Shown piece after piece: positions 7,149 through 17,263 of a DNA stretch of 48,444 bases. Within the stretch, counting starts at the first letter, position 1; every line of letters begins with the position of its first letter. Under the pieces are notes generated by a model. That model was given only the letters and a program-made list of their open reading frames with translations, was not told the DNA's origin and did not search any database. The stretch is from Lachnospiraceae bacterium (GTDB taxonomy: Bacteria; Bacillota; Clostridia; Lachnospirales; Lachnospiraceae). The position numbers and the translations under genes are program-made. The stretch is from assembly GCA_045577235.1 (NCBI GenBank), contig JAZNHY010000039.1, positions 1-48,444 of the forward strand, read 5' to 3'.

Positions 7149-8516
7149 TTAATATTGAATGATCCAGGAACCAAAGATCTCACTTGCCAGTTCATTTAAA
7201 CGGTCATAATTGAAATAGTCTCTTCCATTGACGTAAATATCATGTTCTTCCGCTAATTCTTCAGAATAATCCTGCAGTTTATAGCAGACTACATTCTGAG
7301 TAAATCCACCCATTGGAATATTATGTGTTACGACCGGAACAACGCCAGTTGCACTTTCATCAATATAAGTTCTGCCGTCTTCTTTCACGATACGGACTTT
7401 CGCCATACCGCCTAATACTTCCGGTGTCTCCTGCTGATTGGATGCGTAGTTGCCTATCGAATAATAGCAAAGGGCACGATTTCCGTTTTCAGCGGTGATC
7501 CATTCGATCTTCTCGCAAACATGCGGATGCGTTCCGATGATCAGATCAGCACCAGCCTCTGTGAATACTCTTCCCCAGTAATCCTGGAAATCGGTGATGT
7601 CTCCGACCAGATCTTCTGTGCCCCAATGTGGGAATACGATAACAAAATCAGCCATTTCTTTTGCCCGTCTGATATCCGAAACGATCAGATCATAGTTTGC
7701 ATCATCGATCAGAGTGACAAGATACTGCATATCATATGGCATCTCAAAGCCATTCAGGCCATACGTATAGTTCAGCATTGCAATTTTGATGCCGTTCTTT
7801 TCATATACAAAAATCGTATCCCGATCTTCCTGTGAAGCATTTGCTCCGATCATTTTGATCTGATCAGCTCTGCTTCTCCAGTAGTTAACGGTATTGATCA
7901 CACCCTCAGAACCCATGTCATACGTGTGATTGGAACTCTGCGTTGCAACATCAAACCCCGCATTGATCTCTGCGTCAACAATTTCTGTAGGAGTATTGAA
8001 GATAAAGTGAATACCTCCGTCTGGGTCTGAATACGGATCAACCGGAGTTTCCTGATTGCAGACAGCTATATCGGCACGGGAGATATCATCTCTCATAACA
8101 GCAAAAATACTGTTAAAGTCGTATGTTCCATCTCCATTATCTGCATAGTTTAACAGAGGCGTATGCATCAGGACATCACCAACTGCGACCAGTTCCACCG
8201 TTGATTTTTCCGGTAATGTCACAACTTCTTCAGTAGTTGGTTGAACCACTGGCTCGTCATTCCCTCTGTTTTTCTTTTTGCTGCAGGAGACCGCAATAAC
8301 GATCACAATAGCAATCACGATCACACACAGCACGATTGCCAGAATACGGAGCAGGCGTGCCTGTTTTCTTCTCTTTTCTCTTTCCTGTGCTCTTCTTATG
8401 GCTTCCGGAGATGGTCTTCTGGCTTGATTTCCGGCCGTCCTTCGCGGAGCGTTCTGTGCAGGTCTTCGGTTTGTGTTTTCCGGGCGTTGGTTTCGTCTGT
8501 TATCCAATCTGTTCAT
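7149..8516 (-). CDS. CapA family protein (tandem paralog of 5842-7146)
   Basis: It has the same motif series (VAVGDVLMHT, NQETPV, SNHTYDMG, FPHWGTE, GTHPHV, YSIGNYASNQ). Its Arg-rich N-tail is longer, followed by a TM segment. Confidence 0.8.
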   Translation of the reverse strand: MNRLDNRRNQRPENTNRRPAQNAPRRTAGNQARRPSPEAIRRAQEREKRRKQARLLRILAIVLCVIVIAIVIVIAVSCSKKKNRGNDEPVVQPTTEEVVTLPEKSTVELVAVGDVLMHTPLLNYADNGDGTYDFNSIFAVMRDDISRADIAVCNQETPVDPYSDPDGGIHFIFNTPTEIVDAEINAGFDVATQSSNHTYDMGSEGVINTVNYWRSRADQIKMIGANASQEDRDTIFVYEKNGIKIAMLNYTYGLNGFEMPYDMQYLVTLIDDANYDLIVSDIRRAKEMADFVIVFPHWGTEDLVGDITDFQDYWGRVFTEAGADLIIGTHPHVCEKIEWITAENGNRALCYYSIGNYASNQQETPEVLGGMAKVRIVKEDGRTYIDESATGVVPVVTHNIPMGGFTQNVVCYKLQDYSEELAEEHDIYVNGRDYFNYDRLNELASEIFGSWIIQY

Positions 8517-8526
8517 CCTCCTAACG

Positions 8527-10071
8527 TCAATCTGATGATGAAATCAGTAAACTTTTTCCGGTCATCTCTACCGGCTGTTCTAGTCCTAATAATTCTAACA
8601 GAGTCGGTGCAATATCACAAAGTTTCCCGTTTTCCCGCAGGGCAGTTCCTTTCGGTCCATTGATCAGTATAAAAGGAACAGGGTTTGTTGTATGCGCCGT
8701 CCAAGGTTCATTTGTTTCTAAATGAATCAATTCTTCCGCATTTCCATGATCGGCACAAAGGAAAAGAACACCGTCCATTTCTTTGACTGCCCCAACGGCT
8801 TTCCCTACACAGGTATCGATCGTTTCAATGGCCTTAACCACAGCAGGCATAATTCCTGTATGGCCAACCATATCCGGATTAGCGAAATTAATAATAATGC
8901 AGTCGTATTCACCGGAACGGATCTTTTCCGTCAGCGTATCGCATACTTCAAAGGCACTCATCTCTGGCTGCAGATCATATGTAGCCACCTTTGGAGACGG
9001 GATCAGAAAACGGTCTTCCAGCGGATTTGGCTGCTCCACGCCTCCATTAAAGAAAAATGTCACGTGTGCATATTTTTCTGTTTCTGCGATCCTCGCCTGC
9101 CTCAGATCATGGGATGCTATATAAGCTCCAAATGTGTTTATAATCTCCTCTTCCTTAAATACAACTGCTTTATTAGGAATTGTCTTATCATAATCCGTAA
9201 AACAGACATAACAGAGCGGGAAACGTGCACCTCTGTCAAATCCGTCAAAATCATCACAGCAAAAGGTACGACTGATCTCTCTTGCACGGTCTGGACGGAA
9301 ATTAAAGAAAATTACGGAATCATTTGCTTTTATTAAAGAAAGCGGCTTTCCGTCCTTTTCGATCACAACAGGCTCAATAAACTCATCCGTGATTTCCCTG
9401 TCATAGGAATGCTGCATTGCGGCAACAGGATCTTCTTCCAAAATGCCCTCGCCAAAGACAAGACTGCGGTAAGCTTTTTCTACCCTTTCCCATCTGTTAT
9501 CCCTGTCCATCGCGTAATATCTGCCGCAGATGGATGCAATCTGACCAACGCCTATTTCTTCGGCTTCTGTGATCAATTCACGTATATATTCGATTCCGGA
9601 TGTAGGAGAAGTATCTCTTCCATCCATAAAGCAATGAATATAGACTCTATCCAGTTCTTTTTGTTTGCAAAGTTTTAATAAGGCATACAGATGACGGATG
9701 TCACTGTGAACACCGCCATCAGACATCAGGCCGTATAGATGCAGATCAGAATCATGTGATTTGCAGTTTTCTATGGCCGCCAGCAATTCAGCCTTTTCAT
9801 AAAAATCTCCATCTTCAATTGATTTGGTGATGCGGGTCAGATCCTGATATACCACCCGGCCGGCGCCCATATTCAAATGGCCCACCTCAGAATTACCCAT
9901 TTGGCCGTCTGGAAGACCTACAGCAAGTCCGCTTGCATATCCTTTCACAAAAGGATATTCCTTCATTAATCCATCTATGACCGGTGTTCTGGCCGCAGCA
10001 ATTGCATTTCCTCTCGTTTCCTCACTAAGACCAAATCCATCCAGTATCATCAGTACGACAGGTTTTTTCAT
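8527..10071 (-). CDS. gpmI: 2,3-bisphosphoglycerate-independent phosphoglycerate mutase
   Basis: The protein is 514 aa, with MILDGFG, GNSEVGHLNMGAGR and ADHGNAE motifs. Confidence 0.95.
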   Translation of the reverse strand: MKKPVVLMILDGFGLSEETRGNAIAAARTPVIDGLMKEYPFVKGYASGLAVGLPDGQMGNSEVGHLNMGAGRVVYQDLTRITKSIEDGDFYEKAELLAAIENCKSHDSDLHLYGLMSDGGVHSDIRHLYALLKLCKQKELDRVYIHCFMDGRDTSPTSGIEYIRELITEAEEIGVGQIASICGRYYAMDRDNRWERVEKAYRSLVFGEGILEEDPVAAMQHSYDREITDEFIEPVVIEKDGKPLSLIKANDSVIFFNFRPDRAREISRTFCCDDFDGFDRGARFPLCYVCFTDYDKTIPNKAVVFKEEEIINTFGAYIASHDLRQARIAETEKYAHVTFFFNGGVEQPNPLEDRFLIPSPKVATYDLQPEMSAFEVCDTLTEKIRSGEYDCIIINFANPDMVGHTGIMPAVVKAIETIDTCVGKAVGAVKEMDGVLFLCADHGNAEELIHLETNEPWTAHTTNPVPFILINGPKGTALRENGKLCDIAPTLLELLGLEQPVEMTGKSLLISSSD

Positions 10072-10073
10072 TT

Positions 10074-10931
10074 TTACCTCATTTTCTTTCCCAGATGTTC
10101 AACAAAGCTGATATCATCCAACCGCAGGATCTTTGTGATCTTATCCGATTTCCGAACACGGATCACATCTTCATTTTCCAAAACAATCTCGCTCTGTCCG
10201 TCAAAAGAAACTATCTTCTGCTGGTGTCGTTCCGAAGATCTTCCTTTCACGACCACTTCAATTTCCACATCTGCAGAAAATACGATCGTTCTGGAATTCA
10301 ATGTATGTGCACAGATCGGAGTTGCTAAAATGATCTCTGCGCTTGGATAAACGACTGGTCCCCCGGCAGAAAGATTATAACCGGTTGACCCAGTCGGTGT
10401 GGATAAGATGATGCCGTCCGCACTGTAGCGGTTCAAAAATCTCTGATTAACGCGCACTTCATAGTCTATGATCCCTAACGTCTGGCTCCGGTTTAAGACA
10501 ACGTCGTTTAATGCAATATCCCCGTTGATCACTTTGCCGTCACGAATGATCTCACCATCGATCAGCATACGGTCTTCCACATGAAAATTTCCTTCCGCAA
10601 GCTGAGCCAGATCATTTTCATAATGATTCGCATCGATTTCCGTCAGGTATCCAAGGTTCCCCATATTGATGCCAATGATCGGAACCTGAAGATCGATCAG
10701 ATCTTTTGCTGTATGAATAAATGTACCATCGCCGCCTATCACGATGATCAGTTCTGTATCTGATGGCACCTGTGCAGGATCAGCGTACAGATATCCCTGA
10801 TCCTGTATTTCCTTAGAGTACATATTCCCGGAGCAACGCATGCCATGCTCCTCCAGAAAAGTGCATATTTTCCCGGAATACTCCCTGTTCGGATCTTTAA
10901 AGGAATTTGTTACCATGTAAAAGTTTTTCAT
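10074..10931 (-). CDS. nadK: NAD(+) kinase
   Basis: The protein is 285 aa, with the GGDGT motif (VIGGDGTFIH) and STPTGSTGYNLSAGGP. Confidence 0.9.
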   Translation of the reverse strand: MKNFYMVTNSFKDPNREYSGKICTFLEEHGMRCSGNMYSKEIQDQGYLYADPAQVPSDTELIIVIGGDGTFIHTAKDLIDLQVPIIGINMGNLGYLTEIDANHYENDLAQLAEGNFHVEDRMLIDGEIIRDGKVINGDIALNDVVLNRSQTLGIIDYEVRVNQRFLNRYSADGIILSTPTGSTGYNLSAGGPVVYPSAEIILATPICAHTLNSRTIVFSADVEIEVVVKGRSSERHQQKIVSFDGQSEIVLENEDVIRVRKSDKITKILRLDDISFVEHLGKKMR

Positions 10932-11731
10932 TTATCCAGTACCTCGTGCGCTTCTTTCACGACTTCTTTGATTATGTTTCTATCAAATGGGAGCTGATCC
11001 TCTTTTTTGCTGACACAGATCAGGTATTCTATATTTCCTTCTGGTCCTCTTACCGGGGAAAACGTCAGGCCATCTACATTGAGACCCTGCTCCTGTGAAA
11101 ACCGGACGATTTTTTCAATTACTTCTTCATGGGTCTTTGGATCCCGAACAACGCCCTTTTTCCCAACCTTCTCTTTACCGGCCTCAAACTGTGGTTTGAT
11201 CAGCATTACCAGGTTTTTATTCTCATCTAAGAGCGGCAAAGCTGCCGGAATGACTAAAGTCAAAGAAATAAACGATACATCCACACTGGCAAACTGAATC
11301 GGCTCAGCTATCATGTCAGGAGTCACATAACGAATATTCGTTTTCTCCATCACAACAACTCTCTCATCCTGACGGAGTTTATAATGAAGCTGCCCTTTTC
11401 CCACATCGACAGCATAAACTTTTATGGCTCCGTTTTGCAGCATACAATCGGTAAAACCGCCTGTCGAAGAACCAATATCCATGCATATCTTTCCTTTCAG
11501 ATCGCAGGAAAATTCTTCCATCGCTTTTTCCAGTTTTAAACCGCCTCTGCTGACATATTTAATGCCGCCTCCCCGAATCTCAACCTGGGTATCTTCCGGA
11601 AACATACTGCCCGGCTTCGTTTCTTTTTGCTGCTGTACATAAACAACGCCGCTCATAATGATTCTCTGTGCAGCAGTTTTAGATAATTCAGGATTCTGTT
11701 CGCAGACTAGTTCATCCAGTCTTTTTTTCAT
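10928..11731 (-). CDS. tlyA: TlyA family rRNA (cytidine-2'-O)-methyltransferase
   Basis: It has an N-terminal S4-like segment and an FtsJ-type SAM site (DIGSSTGGFTDCMLQNGA), with LIKPQFE. It overlaps both neighbours by 4 nt. Confidence 0.9.
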   Translation of the reverse strand: MKKRLDELVCEQNPELSKTAAQRIIMSGVVYVQQQKETKPGSMFPEDTQVEIRGGGIKYVSRGGLKLEKAMEEFSCDLKGKICMDIGSSTGGFTDCMLQNGAIKVYAVDVGKGQLHYKLRQDERVVVMEKTNIRYVTPDMIAEPIQFASVDVSFISLTLVIPAALPLLDENKNLVMLIKPQFEAGKEKVGKKGVVRDPKTHEEVIEKIVRFSQEQGLNVDGLTFSPVRGPEGNIEYLICVSKKEDQLPFDRNIIKEVVKEAHEVLDK

Positions 11732-13590
11732 ATCAATTCCGTTTCCAGTCTTTTTAAGATGGATACCTGATCAAGTCCGCATTCTTTCAATTGATCATCT
11801 TTGCTTCCTTGTTCCACATAAGAATTCGGAACAGCAAAATTAATCACTTTTACATCTGTATGACGTGTATTGTAATAACGTAATACAGACATGCCATATC
11901 CGCCGTTTATAACGTTTTCTTCCATTGTAATGATGACAGAATGCGTTTGGGCAAGCTGATCCAGTAATTCCTCATCCAAAGGTTTTACAAAACGCACGTT
12001 GATAAGGGATACGTTCTTTCCCTGCTGCTTCAGTTCTTCCCTGACTTTGGCAGCAGATTCCACCATACTTCCGACTGCCAGGATCGCTATGTCACGTTCC
12101 TTATAAATGACCTCACTTTTACCAAAACAGATCGGCTCCTGAAATTCAGACAGACCCGTATAAGCCTTTCCTCTCGGATAACGAATAGCCAAAGGAGCCG
12201 GGAAAGTAGCTGCAAATGTGATGGCCGCATCCAGTTCCCAGGCATTCTTCGGGACGAGGATGTTCATATTTGGAATGATGGATAAATACGAAAGATCAAA
12301 TGTTCCTTGATGTGTTTCCCCGTCATTTCCGACAAGCCCTGCACGATCGACACAAAATACAACCGGCAGACTCTGAATGCAGACATCGTGCAGGATCTGA
12401 TCAAACGCTCTTTGCAGGAAAGAAGAATATATCGCCACAAATGGTTTTAAGCCTCCGACTGCTAATCCGGCGGCAAAGGTAGTTGCGTGGGATTCCGCAA
12501 TGCCTACATCGAAAAACCTTTTTGGAAACTCCTCCTGAAATTTAGCAAGCCCGGTACCATCTTCCATCGCAGCTGTAATCGCCACGATCTTATCATTCTT
12601 CTCTGCTTCCCTGCAGATTGCTTCTGCGAAAACATCCGTATAAGTCTTCGGAGCATTCAAATTATTTGGCAGGCCTGTCCTTGGATTAAATGGTCCGATA
12701 CCATGAAACAGAGATGGATTCTCCATTGCCGGACCATATCCTTTTCCTTTTTTTGTACAAACATGGATCAAGACAGCATGATCTATATTTTTAGCTTCCT
12801 GTATGATACGGATCAAAGCCGTTGTATTATGTCCGTCAACCGGACCTAAATACGTAATCCCCATATTTTCAAAAAGCATGCCCGGAACAAGCAGCTGCTT
12901 AATACTATGCTTGGTCCTTTTGATACTGCGAACGATCTTATCTCCTGCTCCCGGAATCTTTTCCAAAGTTCGCTGAACGCCGGACTTCAATTCAATATAA
13001 GTCTCTCCGGCACGAGCATTCGATAAATAAGTGGAAAGTCCGCCAACATTCCGGGAAATGGACATATTGTTATCATTCAGGATGATGATAAAGTTTCTTT
13101 TTAATTTTGACGCATTATTGATCGCTTCCTGCGCCAATCCGCCCGTCATAGCTCCATCACCTATTACAGCAACGATCGTAGAATCATTCCCATTGTTCAG
13201 CTCATCTGAAACAACCAGGCCTAACGCGGCACTGATACTGGTAGAAGAATGACCGGTATTAAAAGTATCATATTCACTTTCCCTGCGTTTTGGAAAACCG
13301 CTCAGGCCTCTGTACTGACGCAGTGTGTCAAATGCATCTTTTCTTCCTGTAAGGATCTTATGGACATAGGACTGATGACCTACATCCCATACAATCTTAT
13401 CCTTTGGCAGATCCAGACAAATATGAAGGGCCATGGTCAGTTCGACAGCACCCAGATTGGATGCCAGATGGCCGCCGGTCTTACTGACTTTATCCACCAG
13501 AAACCTTCTGATCTCACGGGCTAATTCTTCATATTCTTCTGGTTTAACATTTTTTATATCGTTTGGTTTTTGAATTCTATCTAAAATCAT
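11728..13590 (-). CDS. dxs: 1-deoxy-D-xylulose-5-phosphate synthase
   Basis: The protein is 620 aa. Motifs are GGHLASNLGAVELT, the TPP motif IGDGAMTGGLA, and DRAGLVGNDGETHQG. Confidence 0.95.
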   Translation of the reverse strand: MILDRIQKPNDIKNVKPEEYEELAREIRRFLVDKVSKTGGHLASNLGAVELTMALHICLDLPKDKIVWDVGHQSYVHKILTGRKDAFDTLRQYRGLSGFPKRRESEYDTFNTGHSSTSISAALGLVVSDELNNGNDSTIVAVIGDGAMTGGLAQEAINNASKLKRNFIIILNDNNMSISRNVGGLSTYLSNARAGETYIELKSGVQRTLEKIPGAGDKIVRSIKRTKHSIKQLLVPGMLFENMGITYLGPVDGHNTTALIRIIQEAKNIDHAVLIHVCTKKGKGYGPAMENPSLFHGIGPFNPRTGLPNNLNAPKTYTDVFAEAICREAEKNDKIVAITAAMEDGTGLAKFQEEFPKRFFDVGIAESHATTFAAGLAVGGLKPFVAIYSSFLQRAFDQILHDVCIQSLPVVFCVDRAGLVGNDGETHQGTFDLSYLSIIPNMNILVPKNAWELDAAITFAATFPAPLAIRYPRGKAYTGLSEFQEPICFGKSEVIYKERDIAILAVGSMVESAAKVREELKQQGKNVSLINVRFVKPLDEELLDQLAQTHSVIITMEENVINGGYGMSVLRYYNTRHTDVKVINFAVPNSYVEQGSKDDQLKECGLDQVSILKRLETELI

Positions 13591-13591
13591 A

Positions 13592-14500
13592 TTAATTATC
13601 TCTGTCCATTAAGTATGTGATCAGTTCTTTCATTTCATCAGTCCGATAAGGGATTTCATCCAATAATCGGATAGCCTTTAGAGAGTACTCTTCTACTGTT
13701 CTTTTAGCCTGCTCTAATCCAGCGAATGATACAAATGTCTTTTTCCCATTCTTTTCATCACTGTGAACTGGTTTTCCTATGACTTCTTCATCTCCGGTCA
13801 AGTCCAGAATATCATCCTGTATCTGGAAAGCAAAACCGGTTTTGCCTGCAACATCTTCCAAAATAGATATCTCCTGCTCAGAAGCCCCTGCAAGGATAGC
13901 TCCGATCATAAATGAGGCCTCTAACAAGGCAGAAGTCTTGGTGCGGTATATATATTCCAGCTGTTCCTGTTTAGTATCTGCATCCTGCGTCTGGTCCAGG
14001 AAAACATCCAGAGACTGGCCTCCGACCATTCCCCTGTATCCAGCTTTTTCTGCCAAAACGCAGAAAGCACGCACAGCTTTCGGAAGTCGTGAAAAATCTT
14101 CTTGCTGCATTCCTTCTGCTATCAGTTCAAATGCGTAATTCAAAAGACCATCCCCGGCCAGAATGCCAAATGCTTCACCAAATTTAGCATGCGTAGTCAG
14201 ATTTCCTCTGCGGTACATGTCATTATCCATTGCCGGAAGATCATCATGGCACAAGGAATAGGTATGGATGCATTCAATGGCAGCCATAAACCGGTGTAAG
14301 ATCTCCGGTTCCTTTTCATCATTTGCAAACACATGAAAAGCAGTCTGCATCATTAACGGACGAATACGCTTACCTCCTGCCAGAACAGAGTAATTCATGG
14401 CATTAACGATCAGCTGATCATACTCTCCTTCTTTTGGCAGAAATGACTCTATTACCGTATTAATTTGTTCTGTTTTTTTCTGCAGGGATTGTTTATCCAT
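13592..14500 (-). CDS. ispA: Polyprenyl synthetase family protein (farnesyl/geranylgeranyl diphosphate synthase)
   Basis: It has a first Asp-rich motif HDDLPAMDNDMYRRG and a second QIQDDILD. Its position between xseB and dxs is conserved in Firmicutes. Confidence 0.85.
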   Translation of the reverse strand: MDKQSLQKKTEQINTVIESFLPKEGEYDQLIVNAMNYSVLAGGKRIRPLMMQTAFHVFANDEKEPEILHRFMAAIECIHTYSLCHDDLPAMDNDMYRRGNLTTHAKFGEAFGILAGDGLLNYAFELIAEGMQQEDFSRLPKAVRAFCVLAEKAGYRGMVGGQSLDVFLDQTQDADTKQEQLEYIYRTKTSALLEASFMIGAILAGASEQEISILEDVAGKTGFAFQIQDDILDLTGDEEVIGKPVHSDEKNGKKTFVSFAGLEQAKRTVEEYSLKAIRLLDEIPYRTDEMKELITYLMDRDN

Positions 14501-14703
14501 TATTCTGTCACTTTCTTGATGTCACATTCCACTTTTTCAATCTTCTGATTGCAGAACTCAACAAGAGAAAGCCCCTGCTTATAAAGGCGGAAAGTTTCCT
14601 CTAAAGGAAGCTGTGAAGTTTCCATCTTTTCGATCAAGCTGTCCAATTCTTCAAAAGCTTCTTCCAATGACATTTCTTCATTGATTATTGTTTCTTCATT
14701 CAT
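14500..14703 (-). CDS. xseB: Exodeoxyribonuclease VII small subunit
   Basis: The 67-aa protein reads SLEEAFEELDSLIEKMETSQLPLEETFRLYKQG. It overlaps xseA by 8 nt. Confidence 0.9.
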   Translation of the reverse strand: MNEETIINEEMSLEEAFEELDSLIEKMETSQLPLEETFRLYKQGLSLVEFCNQKIEKVECDIKKVTE

Positions 14704-15913
14704 ATTGAACCTCTTTTGTTGAAATCACTTTTGCTTGTGCAATGCCATCTGCCACATATAAATTGATCTGATCATCCGGTGCGATCTGCTTTATACTTCG
14801 CAGGGACCGCTCTTCTTTATCTGTGACAAAAGCATACCCTTCCGAAAGTCTTTTTAATGGAGACAGTCCCAGCAGATGCTCAGAGCGGACAGTCAATGCT
14901 TCGCGGGATCTTCTCAGGACTTTTTCCATTTCGTCCTCCAGCTTATCTGCCAGATCAGTCAGAAGCTGTCTTTTTTGCAGCAGCTGATTCTGAGGGGATA
15001 ATGTTTCAATCTTCAGACCATATTGCTTTGTTAGTTGTCTTACCCGGTCAATCTTATTGGATAATGACCGGTAAAACGAATATTGATAATCTGCCAGTTC
15101 TTTTTCAAACAGCGCCAGATCAAATACTGCAAGCTCTGCAGCGGCACTTGGTGTCGGAGCTCTTAAATCTGCAGTAAAATCTGCTATCGTAAAATCTGTT
15201 TCATGGCCGACAGCAGAGATAACCGGCTTGGAACATTGAAAAATGGCCTGTGCAACTATCTCTTCGTTAAAAGCCCAGAGATCTTCTGCAGATCCGCCGC
15301 CACGGCCTATAATGATGACATCCACATCGGTTTGATCCAGGTAATGAATGCCGGCAGCAATGCTCTCAGCTGCGCCATCTCCCTGGACTTTAGCAGGATA
15401 CAAAAGAATCTGGCAGTAGGGATTTCTCCGACTGACCACATTATATATATCACGGATCACCGCGCCTGTTTCCGCAGTGACTACTCCAATCTTCCGGGAG
15501 AAACGGGGAACTGGCTTTTTGTATTCATCGGAAAAATACCCCATTTCCATCAATTTCTTTTTCAGTTCCTCAAACTTGGCAGCCAGATCGCCTTTTCCTG
15601 CTTCCTGGATCCCTTTTGCATATATCTGATAACGTCCACCGGCTTCATATACAGAAATATTACCGTGAACAATGACCTGCATTCCATCTTCCAGGCGGAA
15701 GGACAGTGCTCTTACATCATTTTTCCACATAACGCCCGGGATCACGCCAGACTCATCTTTCAGGGAAAAATAAACATGACCGGTAGAATGATATTTACAG
15801 TTCGACAACTCTCCGCGCACAAAAATATTCCGCAGTATAAAATCATCCTCCAGAAGACCTTTTATATAAGAGTTAACCTGTTTTACGGTATAGATATTTG
15901 TCTTACTGCTCAT
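14696..15913 (-). CDS. xseA: Exodeoxyribonuclease VII large subunit
   Basis: The 405-aa protein has an N-terminal OB fold (VRGELSN...SGHVYFSLKD) and IIGRGGGSAEDLWAFN. Confidence 0.95.
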   Translation of the reverse strand: MSSKTNIYTVKQVNSYIKGLLEDDFILRNIFVRGELSNCKYHSTGHVYFSLKDESGVIPGVMWKNDVRALSFRLEDGMQVIVHGNISVYEAGGRYQIYAKGIQEAGKGDLAAKFEELKKKLMEMGYFSDEYKKPVPRFSRKIGVVTAETGAVIRDIYNVVSRRNPYCQILLYPAKVQGDGAAESIAAGIHYLDQTDVDVIIIGRGGGSAEDLWAFNEEIVAQAIFQCSKPVISAVGHETDFTIADFTADLRAPTPSAAAELAVFDLALFEKELADYQYSFYRSLSNKIDRVRQLTKQYGLKIETLSPQNQLLQKRQLLTDLADKLEDEMEKVLRRSREALTVRSEHLLGLSPLKRLSEGYAFVTDKEERSLRSIKQIAPDDQINLYVADGIAQAKVISTKEVQYE

Positions 15914-16319
15914 TTTTAACGACCTTAGCTAAAATGCCGTTAACAAAGGAAGGGCTGTTTTCCTCCCCATAGCTTTTTGCCAGCTCTACTGCTTCATTGA
16001 TAGCGGTAGAAACCGGTACATTATCATCATATTGAATCTCATAACAAGCAAGCCGCAGGATCGTAAGATCCACACGCGACATTCTTTTTACCTTCCAACC
16101 GACGCTGATACGGTTTAAAAGATCATCAATCTCTTCTGATAGTTCACAAATGGCAAGAACTTTATTGGCAACTGCCTGCTTCTCTTCTTCTGTGAAGGCA
16201 TCTTCTCCATCAAAAAAATCTTTGATCTGCTCCGGCATATCCTGCCTGGAGTAGAAATCAAGACGAAATAATAGTAAAAATGCTGCTTCCCGCAACTGAG
16301 TCCTTCTGTCAATTTTCAT
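15903..16319 (-). CDS. nusB: Transcription antitermination factor NusB
   Basis: The 138-aa protein carries R..AFLLLF, DLTILRLACYE and INEAVELAK...FVNGIL. Confidence 0.9.
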   Translation of the reverse strand: MKIDRRTQLREAAFLLLFRLDFYSRQDMPEQIKDFFDGEDAFTEEEKQAVANKVLAICELSEEIDDLLNRISVGWKVKRMSRVDLTILRLACYEIQYDDNVPVSTAINEAVELAKSYGEENSPSFVNGILAKVVKNEQ

Positions 16320-16339
16320 AGGTGATTTCCTTTAAAAGA

Positions 16340-16366
16340 AAAAGGGTATCGAAATGACACCCTTTT
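16340..16366 (-). terminator. Intrinsic terminator after the Asp23-family gene
   Basis: aaaagggt (16340-16347) pairs with accctttt (16359-16366) across an 11-nt loop. It is followed on the minus strand by tcttttaaa. Confidence 0.55.
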
Positions 16367-16381
16367 AATGATTTTTCATTA

Positions 16382-16750
16382 TCAGTTGTCAATGTTCACA
16401 TTCGCGATTTTGATGTCTACAGTGTCTACCGTAAGACCGGTCATATTTTCAATTGCCGTTTTGACCCGTTCCTGTACGATCCTGCACACCTCCGGAATAT
16501 TAAAACCGACTTCAATGACCAGACTTAATGTCACTTGAACTACATGCTCCACGCAGCTAACATTGACTCCGGCAGCCAGGTTTTTACGGCCAAGTTTTGC
16601 TACGATCTCATTTGTGATACCGCCGGCCATGGAATGAACACCTTCCACTTCTGTAGCCGCCAGCCCGGCAATAATAGCGATCACATCTTCCGTAACACGT
16701 ACTTCACCGATGTTTTCTGCTTCGTAAATTTTCAATGAATCCATTTTCAT
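16382..16750 (-). CDS. Asp23/Gls24 family envelope stress response protein
   Basis: V..IAGLAATEVEGVHSMAGG is the typical Asp23 family signature. The gene sits upstream of nusB, as in many Firmicutes. Confidence 0.85.
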   Translation of the reverse strand: MKMDSLKIYEAENIGEVRVTEDVIAIIAGLAATEVEGVHSMAGGITNEIVAKLGRKNLAAGVNVSCVEHVVQVTLSLVIEVGFNIPEVCRIVQERVKTAIENMTGLTVDTVDIKIANVNIDN

Positions 16751-16810
16751 TACCTCCGCAATAAAAAAGCATAGTCATTTTACATCCCGTCAGTGGGAAA
16801 GTAAAGTGAA

Positions 16811-17263
16811 CTATTTGTGATAAGGTTCATTCCGATTGATCTTACAAGCCCTGTATATCTGTTCCAGAAGAATGACTCTCATAAGCTGGTGAGGAAACGT
16901 CATATCAGAAAAGCTTAATTTTAGATCTGCCCGGTCTATCACGCGCTTTGACAGCCCCAGGGAGCCGCCGATCACAAAAGTGATATTGCTCTTTCCCTCT
17001 AATTCCAGCTGACGGATCTTCTCCGCCAAACCTTCCGAAGAAAACTTTTGACCTTTTATGACCAGGGCGATCACATAATCTGTTTCCTTTAAATGACGCA
17101 GAATCTTATCTGCTTCCTTTTCCAACGTTTTGTCATCGCATTTTTCATCTGCGACTTCAGCGATCTGCAATTTATAATAGCCGCTCAGCCTTTTTGAATA
17201 TTCTTCAATGGCCTGCGTGAAAAAGGTCTCTTTAATTTTCCCGACAGCAACGATTCTGATCAT
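16811..17263 (-). CDS. rlmH: 23S rRNA (pseudouridine1915-N3)-methyltransferase RlmH
   Basis: The 150-aa SPOUT protein reads MIRIVAVGKIKE...FVIGGSLG...LSFSDMTFPHQLMRVILLEQIYRA. Confidence 0.9.
   Translation of the reverse strand: MIRIVAVGKIKETFFTQAIEEYSKRLSGYYKLQIAEVADEKCDDKTLEKEADKILRHLKETDYVIALVIKGQKFSSEGLAEKIRQLELEGKSNITFVIGGSLGLSKRVIDRADLKLSFSDMTFPHQLMRVILLEQIYRACKINRNEPYHK

Noticed and set aside
15203-15919. Long antisense ORFs lie inside well-supported genes. Examples are 15203-15919 (238 aa, in xseA), 47023-47637 (204 aa), 8722-9336 (204 aa), 18007-18600 (197 aa), 27361-27936 (191 aa), 36595-37155 (186 aa) and 6629-7162 (177 aa).
   Set aside because: Each lies opposite a CDS with strong family motifs. 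Their translations are low-complexity and Cys/Phe/Ser/Ile-rich without motifs. Such shadows are expected in a genome with this codon bias.
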